Assembly (NCBI RefSeq): GCF_006345805.1
Contig: NC_042999.1
Coordinates: forward strand, 153,016,001 to 153,080,000
Direction of reading: 5' to 3'
DNA from: Octopus sinensis
Taxonomy: Eukaryota
Length of the DNA stretch: 64,000 bases
The notes under the pieces were generated by a model. That model saw only the letters and a list, made by a program, of their open reading frames with translations. It searched no databases and was not told the origin of the DNA. The translations under genes and the position numbers were made by a program. Positions 1-11,928 of the stretch are shown here, one piece after another (position 1 is the first letter of the stretch; every line of letters begins with the position of its first letter).

Positions 1-283
1 TCAGTCTCTTTTGCCGAACCGCTAAGTGACGGGGACGTAAACACACCAGCATCGGTTGTCAAGCAATGCTAGGGGGACAAACACAGACACACAAACACAC
101 ACACATACATATATATATATACATATATACGACAGGCTTCTTTCAGTTTCCGTCTACCAAATCCACTCACAAGGCATTGGTCGGCCTGGGGCTATAGCAG
201 AAGACACTTGCCCAAGATGCCACGCAGTGGGACTGAACCCGGAACCATGTGGTTGTTTAGCACACAGCCACTCCTGCGCCTAT
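1..283 (-). mobile_element. tRNA-derived SINE, family C (cut by window edge)
   Basis: Minus strand begins ATAGGCGCAGGAGTGGCTGTGTG with B-box-like GGTTCAGTCCC and has an internal (CA)/(TA) tract. Shares diagnostic variants with the copy at 45150-45552. Confidence 0.9.
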
Positions 284-1139
284 GTGTATGTTTTATTTTT
301 ATTTGCTTTATTCATTGAACTGCAGTCATACTAGAGCACCACCTGAAAACGTAGTTAGTTGATTAGTCCACATTACTCTGTAAGATGTATAAGGGCGATT
401 TCCCGATTTTCCGGTTTTTCTGGCATTTATATTCCTTCCTGGACGGGACGCTGGTCTGTCACACAAAGCGTTTAACCGAACAAATCGGCGTGTGATTTAG
501 CATAACTGAATTGTCATCGTCACGAACCGTAGGTCTGCAGCACTTTAACGACACTACAACAAAGCCTTTCCGATTAAGCTTTAGTTCTCCAGCTGCTTTG
601 CCACTCTTGCCCAACGAGTTCTTGATATTCTCCATCCGTTGCGTTCTTCGCCTGCCTCTTTATCTACGGCCCACTACTCTTCCTTCTGAATACACACAGG
701 CAAACACTTTCTAACTCATAAGTAACACTGTGGATTGCAAACCACTTTAGGTATTTCCAGGACGGAATCCGTACATCAGGTTTGCGGATTTGCGGTGTGT
801 ATTAAATTTAACACCAAATAATGATTTTGCTTATCGTTTCTTATGAATTTGAAACTATTGTCGATGCTAATAATGCTGCAACTAACATGCCATAAATAAT
901 AACATCATGGCGTGTTAATAATATATATTGAAGTGTCTGTGCATGTGCACGTGTGTGAATGAGGGTAACTGCGGGTGAAGGAGAAAAATACGTGTGCGAG
1001 TAGGAGCGTTTTGGTGTGTGTAGTTGAAAGTGATAGATGTAAATTTATGTAATATCTGTTTATTTAAATATACGCATACGCATACGCGCGCACACAAGCG
1101 CACACACATCTATTGACATACATGCATGCGTATAAATAT

Positions 1140-1436
1140 ATATGAATATCTATATATACACACACGAACATATATATATATATAAATACGTACATATATA
1201 TATATATATATATGTGTGTGTATTCATAAATATATATTATGTATACAGATGTTTATACATGCCTGTGTATGTATATATATATATATACATACATATGAAT
1301 ATGTATATTTATCTCTCCCTATCTCTCCCTGTCTGTATATATATATATATACATATATATTGTATAAATATATATAATATATATATATATATGCATGTAT
1401 GTATGTATGCGTATGTGTGTATGCGTGCATATATAT

Positions 1437-1467
<31 letters not shown>

Positions 1468-1582
1468 TATATCTATGTATATAATATATATATATGTATA
1501 TATATATATATCTATATATATATATTATATATATATATATATATGTAATATATATTATATATATTATATTATATATATATAT

Positions 1583-1627
<45 letters not shown>

Positions 1628-1648
1628 ATATATTATATATATAATATG

Positions 1649-1687
<39 letters not shown>

Positions 1688-1745
1688 GTCTATATATATA
1701 TATATATAGTATAGATATTATTATATAATAATATATATATATATG

Positions 1746-1793
<48 letters not shown>

Positions 1794-1799
1794 TATATA

Positions 1800-1835
<36 letters not shown>
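1140..1835. repeat. long imperfect (TA)n microsatellite
   Basis: About 700 bp of TA dinucleotide with interruptions; source of the YI-repeat ORFs. Confidence 0.97.
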
Positions 1836-1839
<4 letters not shown>

Positions 1840-2169
1840 CAATTACTAATTCATGAAATCCCAGCATTGGCATATTGCAAATGGCAGCTGTAATGGCAGA
1901 TAAAATTACATGAAATAAAGCCTCTCAATTTTAATTCTTTTTTTATTATTATTAATTCGGATCTTGCTACTCACTGGGATTCCTGATTCTGTTTCTGTAA
2001 GTAGCAGTGCCATTATCTGCCACTAACATCTAGCACATGTGATGACATTCAATTTACATCCTACAGGTTTGCGCCAATAAAATTTATCTGCATTTCTTAA
2101 GGATGTACGGAGATTGGGATATGAAAGCCTGTGCCCCAGCTAATACTAAACTAACACAAATATAAATAC

Positions 2170-2570
2170 ATACATACACACACACACCACACACATATAT
2201 ATATATAAATGCATGCATACATATATGCATAGATACACACGGACCCATTCTTGCATATGATGTATATTACCAATTATTATTTTCGAGTTTATTTGTTTTA
2301 ACACGGGCCTACACATATACACACACACTCTCTCTCTCACACACATACATACACAAATACACACACACACTCTCACACACACACACATACACTCTCTAAC
2401 ACACACTCTCTCTCTCACACATACACAAATACAGACGCACATTCTCTCTCACACACACATACACACACAGATACACACACACACTCTCTTTTACACACAG
2501 ACACACTCTCTCTCTCTCCCTCACACACGCATACTCAAATACACGCACACACATACACTCGTACATACAT
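2170..2570. repeat. compound (CA)n/(CT)n microsatellite
   Basis: Seen directly. Confidence 0.9.
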
Positions 2571-2719
2571 ACAGATGTAGACAAAGATGACTTTACAGAG
2601 AATGGTAAGTCAAAAGAATATTGATGAAACTTAAAACTCAAAACAGCCGCCAAGTTAAAACACAACTGGACAGATATCGTTGTGTGGGACCACTAGGAAA
2701 AGATATGGTCTTGTGGAAA

Positions 2720-3062
2720 TCAGCTGCCGTCTGGACACCGATGTGGTCAGAAAAATACCGGAGAATGAGGACATCTGCGGACCATTGATGAGGAGCCTGC
2801 AAATACAGTACCTATTTCAGCTTCGTACTTATTATTATTGGGGCAACAGGATACGTGTCAAATGTGACACGACAACCATTTGACTGGGACCCACAGGGGA
2901 AAAGGAAGCGAGGACGCCCGAAGCAGACATGGAAGCGGAGCGTTTTGGACGAGCTCAGGACCAACGGCCTGACATGGGAAACAGCCGAGAAACACGTCAA
3001 TGACCGCAAAAAGTGGAAAACAACTATTGAGGCCCTATGCTCCCCACAAGGGGAAAAAGGAT
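2720..3062 (+). mobile_element. RTE-clade LINE 3' relic (ORF2 C-terminus)
   Basis: Frame 2855-3060 reads DWDPQGKRKRGRPKQTWKRSV..EL...GLTWETAEK...DRKKWKTTIEALC, typical of the RTE/RTE-X ORF2 end, then a (GAA)n tail. A frameshifted upstream piece (NED..RTIDEEP) lies near 2740-2800. Confidence 0.8.
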
Positions 3063-3173
3063 TAAGAAGAAGAAGAAGAAAAAGAGAGAGACGGAGAAGA
3101 TGTTGAAGAAAGAGAAGAAGGAGAAGATGATGAAGATGAAGAAGGAGATGAAGAAGAAGAGGAAGAAGAAGAA

Positions 3174-3206
<33 letters not shown>

Positions 3207-3335
3207 GAAAAGAAAAAGGAGATGTTGAAGAAAGAGAAGGAGATGAAGAAGAAAGAGAAGAAGAAGAAGAAGAAGAAGAAGAAGAAGAAGAAAGAAGAAG
3301 AAGAAGAAGAAGAAGAAGAAGAAGAAGAAGAAGAG
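3062..3335. repeat. (GAA)n/(GAT)n microsatellite, probable expanded LINE tail
   Basis: Directly follows the RTE relic. Confidence 0.9.
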
Positions 3336-3574
3336 GCGGTCGGAGAAGGATATGCAAAATTCTGGCTGGAGTAAAGTACGACGACTTGGGTTCTTGGGTT
3401 CTTGCACTTCCTTCTCTCCTGCACTACAATTGATTACGATATCCGAGACAATAATAATCTGCAAGACGTTCTTATGTTTTAAAAGAAAATGAATAAAAGA
3501 TGGTTTCATTAGAAACCTTGCTTCCAAGCGGCTGGCCGGTCAGAATTAATTCCGAATTAAAAACAGAAAAAGAA

Positions 3575-3752
3575 TGCATATATAATATATAACTCAATAT
3601 GCACTGACTACAAATATTGCACACATACATGCAAAATATACCCTGTTGATGTTGTTGAAATTCCAGTGAAGAAGCTTTGGATCTAGATTAGAAACCGGCC
3701 CTTTCTCTATTGGCAGCAAATCATGAAATAAAACTGAATAATGATATACATA
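3575..3752 (+). mobile_element. 3' UTR fragment of the (ACAT)n-associated RLE LINE
   Basis: GTTGAAATTCCA...GATCTAG.TTAGAAACCGGC.CTTTCTCTATTGGCA...ACTGAATAATGA matches 5085-5175. Confidence 0.75.
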
Positions 3753-4429
3753 TATGGTGACTGTTGAATCGTTAGACGAGTATGACTACCGCTGACAAAT
3801 TATAATTCTATTTTTTTCAGATGCCATAGGCCCAACAATGGCTCCTAAAACCAGTATTTTTTGTTAACGATGCAGCATTCATATTCGGGTGTTGCAATTG
3901 GGTACTGGCTCTATACAGCATCTTCAGTGTATTCTTTCACGTGCATTATGAGTCCAGATCAGCTGGAAAATTCCCTACATTATAAATTGTATATCAGATT
4001 GGCCTGCTAGAAATTTCAGCTAATGATTGAACTCTCTTAAGAAGAACCTAAATAAAACTCCAAGAAAAAAACATACACATGCCTCAGCATGGCCACAGCT
4101 CATGAGCTGAAACTAGATCAAATCAAATCAATACATACCCGTGACGCATTATGTAGCTGCAAAGACTATTTACAATGTTATAAGCAAGAAGGATTGGACC
4201 TGACGTATACATCAAAAACATGTCAGAACCAGTATGTTGTCACACCTTTAAAAGCAGAGAATTATGGTGGAAGGCTCCTATAAAAACAGCAATTAAGCGC
4301 AAAAATAACAGACCTGATACAGTTCTGTGGTGTACGAAACAGAAGTCATGTACTGTTGTGGTCGTCAGCGACCGGCCTGCGCTCTCTGAATAACTTAACG
4401 CTCAAAGAAAAATCGTACACACATTCATA

Positions 4430-4711
4430 CACACGCACTCATACATACATTCATACATACATACATACATAAATTCATACATACATACATATATACATTC
4501 ATACATATATACATACCTACATACATGCATTCATACATTCATGCATTCATTCATACATACATTCATTCATGCACAAATACATACATACATACATACATAC
4601 ACACATACACACATATACACATACATACATACACACACAAACATACATATATACACACATGCACACACACATACATACATACATACATACATACATACAT
4701 AAATACATACA

Positions 4712-4745
<34 letters not shown>

Positions 4746-4836
4746 CACACACGCACACACACATACATACATACATACATACATACATACATACATACAT
4801 ACATACATACATACGTACATACATACATACATACAT
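4430..4836. repeat. (TACA)n tetranucleotide array
   Basis: Seen directly; forms the 5' flank of the RLE fragment. Confidence 0.95.
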
Positions 4837-5175
4837 GAATGCATTCTTGAGAAATTAGGCTTCTCTAGATGAGAAATAAGAAAGCTAATTCGAAGACTTC
4901 AGATCCAATCCATCACTGGAACTGTAAAAATCTGTAAAACTTTCCAGGAGTTTAACATTTAAATATATCTAAGCATGGCTAGATATGCAACTATATGCAT
5001 GAGAATACATACATAAACCAAAACTTACAAATCTGCACATAACTAAATGTACATGCATGCATACATACCTACAAACAAAAATACTCTATTGTTGAAATTC
5101 CAATGGAGGAGCCTTTGATCTAGTTTAGAAACCGGCTCTTTCTCTATTGGCAAGACATCTTGAACTGAATAATGA
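4837..5175 (+). mobile_element. 5'-truncated R4/Dong-like RLE LINE in (ACAT)n
   Basis: 4846-4962 reads LEKLGFSR*EIRKLIRRLQIQSITGTVKICKTFQEFNI*, resembling RLE-LINE C-termini. A ~210-nt 3' UTR ends CTGAATAATGA, and (CATA)n flanks both sides. Confidence 0.75.
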
Positions 5176-5246
5176 CATACATACTTCCATACATACGTAC
5201 GTACATACATACATACATTCATACATACATACATACATTCATACAT

Positions 5247-5479
5247 TTATTTCTTTATTGCCCACAAGGGATTAAACATAGAGGGGAAAACAAGGACAGA
5301 CAAAGGGATTAAGTCGATCATATCGACCCCAGAGTGTAACTAGTGTTTAATTTATCGATCCTAAAAGGATGAAAGGCAAAGTCGACCTCGGCGGAATTTG
5401 AACTCGGAACGTAACAGCAGACGAAATACGGCTACGCATTTCGACCGGCGTGCTAACGTTTCTGCCAGCTCGCCGCCTT
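5247..5479 (-). mobile_element. tRNA-derived SINE, family B
   Basis: Head GGCGGCGAGCTGGCAGAAACGTTAGC, B-box GAGTTCAAATTCC, core GCCTTTCATCCTTT..GGGTCGATAAA. The core resembles the Meta/Sauria-type SINE central domain (recalled). Confidence 0.9.
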
Positions 5480-5500
5480 AACATACATACTTTCTCTTAA

Positions 5501-5879
5501 GCACTCCGTCGGTTCCGACGACGAGGGTTCCGGTTGATCCGAATCAACGGAACAGCCTGCTCGTGAAATTAACGTGTAAGTGGCTGAGCACTCCACAGAC
5601 ACGTGTACCCTTAACGTAGTTCTCGGGGATATTCAGCGTGACACAGAGAGTGACAAGGCCGGCCCTTTGAAATACAGGTACAACAGAAACAGGAAGTAAG
5701 AGTGAGAGAAAGTTGTGGTGAAAGAGTACAGCAGGGATCGCCACCATCCCCTGCCGGAACCTCGTGGAGCTTTAGGTGTTTTCGCTCAATAAACACTCAC
5801 AACGCCCGGTCTGGGAATCGAAACCGCGATCCTATGACCACGAGTCCGCTGCCCTAACCACTGGGCCATTGCGCCTCCA
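5501..5879 (-). mobile_element. tRNA-derived SINE, family A2 (full length)
   Basis: Head GGAGGCGCAATGGCCCAGTGGTTAGGGCAGCGG (A-box), GGTTTCGATTCC (B-box). Near-identical to 61565-61941, 12498-12868 and 48749-49129. Confidence 0.93.
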
Positions 5880-6155
5880 CTTAACATACATACACATACA
5901 TTACAGCACGGATATCGATGTTCGTCTCAGACAAGTAAAAGTCTGTGGTGTCAAAGAAATTAGCCTGAAGACGTGTTGTTTCTTCTCCGTGTCTCTTCTA
6001 TCCCCAGTTACAATGAATTCTGCTTTTTATTCTTTCCACTCAAATCTACATTACACAACCGTCTGTATTCTTTCTCATTTCACCCAGTTCGTATTTCCTC
6101 TCACCTCTCCTATGCCTTCATCTTGCATCGTTCATCGTTTTTCTCTTACCATTTG

Positions 6156-6567
6156 CTTGTTTCACTCACAAGATTACTGACATACTGGGGCAACACCTGA
6201 AAGTTTGTCTATTCAGTCGAACAAATCGACTCTAGTATTTACTTTATCTCTGGTACCTATTCTATCGGTTTCTATTTCAAACCGCTAAGTTACGGTGACG
6301 TAAACAAACGAACACCGGTTGTTAACAGCAAAGACACACAAACACGCACGCACACACCCACACGCACATACGCACACACGCACACACTCACACACACATG
6401 AATACGATGGGTTTCCATGAAATTTCCGTCTACGAAATTCTCTCACAAATTATTGGTCGGCTCGAGGTTATAGTAAAAGACACTTACCTAAGTTGCCGCG
6501 CAGTAGGACTGAGCCCAACTTTACGTGGTTACAAAGCGAACTTCTTAACCCCACAGCCATGCCTAAT
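6156..6567 (-). mobile_element. SINE family C, diverged copy
   Basis: Colinear with the family C consensus including the internal CA tract. Confidence 0.75.
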
Positions 6568-7611
6568 ATTCCTCTCCAGGGCTGCAAAACCTGCTTGCAA
6601 TATTGCAGCGGACATCTACCACTTGGTGTTCATCAGACCATCCGCCATTTCAAAGTTATCAATCAGGGTGAGCCTCCAACACCTATACGCCATTTACTTT
6701 CCTTCTAATAGTCAATAAAAAAAATAATAAATTGAAATATTGGCATATTGATTTCTTAGATCAATGAAAAGTCATGTGTTATTTGGGGTTTACATATATA
6801 ATCAACAAAATCGATACTAGTACCAACTGCTCTAAATTTATGAACTCAGAAGGATGTAAATCCTTTTCAAAAAGAAATTTTCGTGTCAGACACATGTATT
6901 AAGATACACAGAAAGCGACCTCCCTACCTCTCACCACATATGTGCGGAATTTAACGGTAGATATTAACTATTACGAAATTGATTGATACGTGTTCCCTTG
7001 CATTAAATGTACTATAAGCTGTAATCTTTGTATCGTGGAAAAATATACATCAACAGTTTTTCATAAATTTGGACACAGGATTGAAATTGGTATATTCTAA
7101 AAGAAACACTTCCATAGATATTTATTGAAAATTCCCAAAGCCTAATAGTTAAACTAGCTTATATCATAATATATTTATATCTATCATAATATATTTATAT
7201 CATAATATATTTATGTCATAATATATTTATATGTATCATGTTCCGAAATATGGTCACATATTGCAATAATATTTAGATACGCATCTGAAAATAAGCGAAT
7301 TCAGCTGCCTACTTAGATTATATGAGTTTTATAAATCTGTAGCTTAATCCTAAATATATGTCATAATCTGTGACACATTGTTTCTTGTATATTAGATTTT
7401 AACAACCAATTAGATTTAGGTGACTAATCATATTTCAAGACGTTTACAAAACTATTAGCTCTATATAATGGCACGCTACTTCCCTCCTCTAATCGTATGG
7501 ATAATCGACAAGGTGAAACTCAGAGTATCGATTCATGAAATTTCAGTTTCTAAGAAAACTTTCTAAATACGTTTTATTCATTGAGTACATTTATATATAT
7601 ATATATATATA

Positions 7612-7988
7612 TCTTTATATATAAAAGTGAAGTTGTGTGTCTGTCTCCTACGATTTAGATTCCTAACTACTCCCACATTTTGCGGTGCAGTTTAACCAAA
7701 ACCGGGTATCTTGTAGTCGTGATTCATATCGAGCCCTTCTGGGTATTAGCGCACGTCTACGATGAGTCTACGATTAAAAAAAAATTTACCATCATTTTTT
7801 TCGCTATTATATAAGGGAAGTAACTCTCTAAAAATGTCTACGATGAGTCAACGATCTAAAAAAGATTTACCATAATTTATTTTTCATTTTTGATGCATTT
7901 TTTTGCTATTTTTTGGCTATAACTCTCTAAAAATGCTTATATAGTTATTTCCCTTACAAACCCGAGCAACGCCGGGCGATACTGCTAG
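7612..7988 (+). mobile_element. non-autonomous Helitron
   Basis: 5' TC (A|TCTTTATATATAAAA), 3' CTAG|T, subterminal hairpin CCCGAGCAACGCCGGG, A/T host junction and no TSD. Two more copies in the window. Confidence 0.88.
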
Positions 7989-8084
7989 TATATATATAAT
8001 ATATATATATGAAAATAGTAATGCAATACGAGAGTATTGCTTTCCAGTAAAGGATAGCCCGTGAGGGTAAAATTATACATATAA

Positions 8085-8188
8085 AAGTAAATAAATGGCA
8101 CAACGAAGCACCGATATCTACTGGAAAATAGCGAACGTTCGCTATTTTCCAATAGATATCGGTGCTTCGTTGTGCCATTTATTTACTT
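8085..8188. repeat. 104-bp spacer-less palindrome
   Basis: 52-bp arms centred on GAAC|GTTC (8136/8137) with one mismatch (8121/8152). Confidence 0.97.
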
Positions 8189-8991
8189 ATATATATATAT
8201 ATATTATATTATAATATATATGAGTGAACACACACACACATAAACACACACATATATGCATGTATGTTTGTGTGCATATGAGTATGTATGTACTGTGTAT
8301 GTACAAATATATATGTGTGTGGATATGTGTATATATATATATACATATATATATGTAAATATATAGACGCATGAAAATATATATGTAACTATATGCACAC
8401 ATATATAAATATATGAATATCTATTTGCGTACATTTAAAGATATGCAAATGTGTGTAAATAAATATGTGTGTCAGTGTGTCCGTACACACATTTAATTAT
8501 GTCTGTATGTATGCATGTGTGTGTATGTATATATGTATGTATGTATATACGCATGTATGTATGTATGTATGTATTGTATGTATGTATGTATGTGTGTGTG
8601 TGTGTGTATATATGTATATATGTATGTATGTATTTGCCTGTCTGAGCATGTACATACTTACTCGAGTACATGTATATATGTATATATACGTCTATTTATA
8701 TAAGTGTGTATTTACATATCTCTACGTTCAAGTGTCTATGAATTATATATGCTTTCTTTAACATCCATTTTATTCATTCACCAACTCATTCATCTTTCAT
8801 TCATCGTTCATTCATCCTTCATTCTCTCAGTCATTCATTTTATTCTCATATTATTCCACCCCATTTCTAACTTCCTGTTTCCCCCTACGCCATGCCATTT
8901 TTCTTTTAATTTTTTTTTTTTTTTTTTTGCTTTTTCCTCCAATTTTGTTCTTAGATTTACTATCATTATTGGTAAAGCTGTGGTTTTTATT

Positions 8992-9037
<46 letters not shown>

Positions 9038-9204
9038 ATGTTGTTGTTGTTGTAATTCGGCAATCAAGCTTCATGGAAGAAAAATTCTTGATTCAAAACG
9101 GCATCTATTGAAAGACTTTTTAGAATTCACAAAAATCGTTGGTTCGGAACTTCATATTAAATCCACTCCGCTATTAAAATTACAACAAATAATATAACAG
9201 CAAA

Positions 9205-9660
9205 ACCACCACCACCACCATAGCCACCGCCACCGCCACCGCCGCTGCCGCCGCCGCCTCCACCACCATAACCACTGCCACCACCACCACCACTACCACA
9301 ACCAACAGCTACCACCATCAATCACCACCATCATCACCACCACCATCATTACCATTACCACCATCACCACAACCACCACCACCACCATAGCCACCGCCAC
9401 CACCGCCGCCGCCTCCGCCACCATAACCACTGCCACCACCACCACTACCACAACCATCACTACCACCACCATCAATCACCACCACCTCCACCATCATTAC
9501 CATTACCACCATCACCACAACCACCACCACCACCATAGCCACCGCCACCGCCGTCACCATAACCACTGCCACCACCACCACTACCACAACCATCAATCAC
9601 CACCACCTCCACAACCATCACCACCACCATCACCACCACCACCCAACAACAACCGACCGA
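9205..9660. repeat. (CAC)n-derived array with ~150-165-bp higher-order unit
   Basis: CCATAGCCACCGCCACC...CCATAACCACTGCC recurs near 9218, 9385 and 9533. Confidence 0.85.
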
Positions 9661-9714
9661 CGACCGATCAACAATGCCATAACGAGAATGGCAACAACAA
9701 ACAGATTAATAAGA

Positions 9715-9992
9715 CAATACAAGAAGGCGAAGATGAGAAGAACAAGAAGAGAGAATGGAAGAAGAAGAAGAAGAAGAAGAAAGAATTATTAGTAAGAAAA
9801 GAAAAGAAGAAGAGGAAGAAGAGAGAAGAAGAAGAAGAAGAAGAGAAGAAGACAAGAGAAGAGAAGAAGAAGAAGAAGAAGAAGAAGAAGAAGAGAGAGA
9901 GAAGAAGAAGAAGAAGAAGAAGAGAAGAAGAAGAGAGGAGAGAGAAGAAGAAGAAGAAGAAGAGAAGAAGAAGAAGAAGAAGAAGAAGAAGA
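9715..9992. repeat. (GAA)n purine tract
   Basis: Seen directly. Confidence 0.93.
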
Positions 9993-10298
9993 ATCCTTTC
10001 TACTCTAGACACAAGGCTGAAATTTTGGGGGAGGGGAATTTGACCTCTTGAAATCAGAGCATAAAGTGTTCAAATTTCGCCGAGATTCACCTTGCCTTTC
10101 ATCATTTCAGGGTCGATAAAATAAGTAACATTTGAGCAGTGAGGTCCATGTGATCGGCTAACACAGTGGTTCGCAGTCGGGGTCCACATGGCCTCTGAGG
10201 GTCCATATAGGATTTTAGGGGGTCCACGCAACAAAATAATAAACTAGGGATCCACAATAGTATTCTAAGTGCCTCTGAAGAAATTTGTTATATATAGT

Positions 10299-11090
10299 GA
10301 AGGCTTAGTGGTTAGGGCATTCGGCTCATGATCGTATGGTCATGAGTTCAATTCCTGGAGACGAATTGTGTTCTTGAGCAAGACACTTTACTTCATGTTG
10401 CTCTAGTTCACTCAGCTAGCAAAAATGAGTTGTACCTGTATCTCAAAGGGCCAGCCTTGTCACACTATGTGTCACGCCGAATCACCCTGAGAACTACGTT
10501 AGGGGTACACATGTCTGTGGAGTGCTTAACCTTCTTTATCCCCGTCTGTCTTGATAGACAATGGGTTGCGCCAAGGGTGGGGCCTACTTTGATGGTGTGC
10601 AGCGTCTGCTGTGACTGAACAGTCCAATTGTAGAGTGGCAGTCCTTGGTACAGTTGCTGCACACGAACATCGATGGGTACGTGTGGGGTGTTGCTGCAGT
10701 TGTCCTCCTCCTGTCCCGCCTGTCCAACCACAGCAGTGCTCTCCTCTCCTCAGCCATGGAAACGCCTTTCCTCACCGTCCGACGCCAAGCAGAGCGGTCA
10801 GCAGCTGTTTCCTCCCACGTGTCCACACAGATGTTGGCAGTCCTCAGGACGCGCTTGCACACGTCCCTGTATCGTAGCTGTGGACGTCCCTTGGGTCGGG
10901 ATCCCGTGGTGAGTTCGCTGTACAGGATGTCTTTAGGCATGCGACCGTCCTGCATGCGGCAGACGTGTCCGAGCCAGCGCAGTCGTCTCCGCACGAGGAG
11001 GGCTTAACCACTTGCACGTTAATTTCACTAGCAGGCTGTTCTGTTCATCAGATCAGCCGGGACCCTCGTTGTCGTAAGCGACGGAGTACC
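10299..11090 (+). mobile_element. tRNA/CORE-like SINE, family A1, split by an RTE insertion
   Basis: tRNA head (GGTTAGGGCATTCGG...GAGTTCAATTCC) and TTGAGCAAGACACTTTAC core; the body resumes at 11002. Confidence 0.88.
10532..11001 (-). mobile_element. 5'-truncated RTE-BovB-type LINE with intact TSD
   Basis: Uninterrupted frame RRLRWLGHVCRMQDGRMPKDILYSEL..G.RPKGRPQLRYRDVCKR...FVCSNCTKDCHSTIGLFSHSRRC (C-terminal CxxC..HxxxC). TSD GCTTAACC at 10524-10531 and 11002-11009. Confidence 0.93.
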
Positions 11091-11205
11091 TGGTATGTTT
11101 TGCAACAAACTGCTAGGCTTCTTTCTCTAACATTTTACATAATTCAATCTACAAAAGTTAATATGTGGAAAACAAAATAGGAATTTCGAAAGATGTTTCC
11201 GTAAA

Positions 11206-11501
11206 TCTTTATATATAAAAATGAAGTTGTGTGTCTGTCTCCTACGATTTAGATTCCTAACTACTCCCACATTTTGCGGTGCAGTTTAACCAAAAGCGGG
11301 TATCTTATAGTCGTGATTCATATCGAGCCCTTCTGGGTATTAGCGCGCGTCTACGATGAGTCTACGATTTTAAAAAAATTTACCATTATTTTTTTTCCAT
11401 TTTTAATGCATTTTTTTGCTATGTTTTGGCTATAACTCTCTAAAAATGCTTATATAGTTATTTCCCTTACAAACCCGAGGAACGCCGGGCGATACTGCTA
11501 G
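11206..11501 (+). mobile_element. non-autonomous Helitron (copy 2)
   Basis: A|TC...CCCGAGGAACGCCGGG...CTAG|T; homologous to 7612-7988. Confidence 0.88.
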
Positions 11502-11715
11502 TTAGTTTATAAACATTGAATGGTTATAGTGTTCACCATAATAAAATAGTCGTTAAAGGGGTCCGTAGATAAAAAAAAAATAGGCGAACCCTGCTATACT
11601 CTTTCACCACAACTTCCTCTCTCTTTCTTCCCGTTTCTCTTGTACCTGTATTTCAAAGGCCAGCTTTGTCATATACCGTGCACGCTGAATCTCCCCGTGA
11701 ACTACGTTAAGGGTA

Positions 11716-11928
11716 CATAGATGTATGTATTGCAAGAAACAGGTTTCTTTCTCAAGCGTTTTACATAGTTCAATCTACACAAGCTAATGTGTGAATAACA
11801 AGATAGGGATTATGAAAGAATTATTTAAGGTTTTAAATATCGAATGGCTATAGGGGTGGGGTCCACCAGAATATAATAGCAATCGAAGGGGGGTCCGTGG
11901 GTAAAAAAAAAAATGTTTCAGAACCCCT
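11716..11928. mobile_element. hAT-like MITE, right half
   Basis: Ends AGAACCCCTG; body homologous to 11091-11205 plus 11502-11580. Confidence 0.65.

Larger units (their letters stand above)
10164..11593. mobile_element. hAT-like MITE interrupted by SINE, LINE and Helitron insertions
   Basis: Left end CAGTGGTTCGC; right end GGCGAACCCTG, shared with an adjacent SINE fragment. Internal pieces 11091-11205 and 11502-11580 match the second copy at 11716-11928. No 8-bp TSD found. Confidence 0.65.

Noticed and set aside
5501-5879. Functional tRNA genes at SINE heads (here and at 12498, 48749, 61941, 35173)
   Set aside because: A and B boxes are present but the acceptor stem is missing and the sequence runs into a shared SINE body.
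9293-9596. Glycine-rich structural protein ORF (minus strand)
   Set aside because: By-product of a (CAC)n tract; no signal peptide, splice context or unique sequence.
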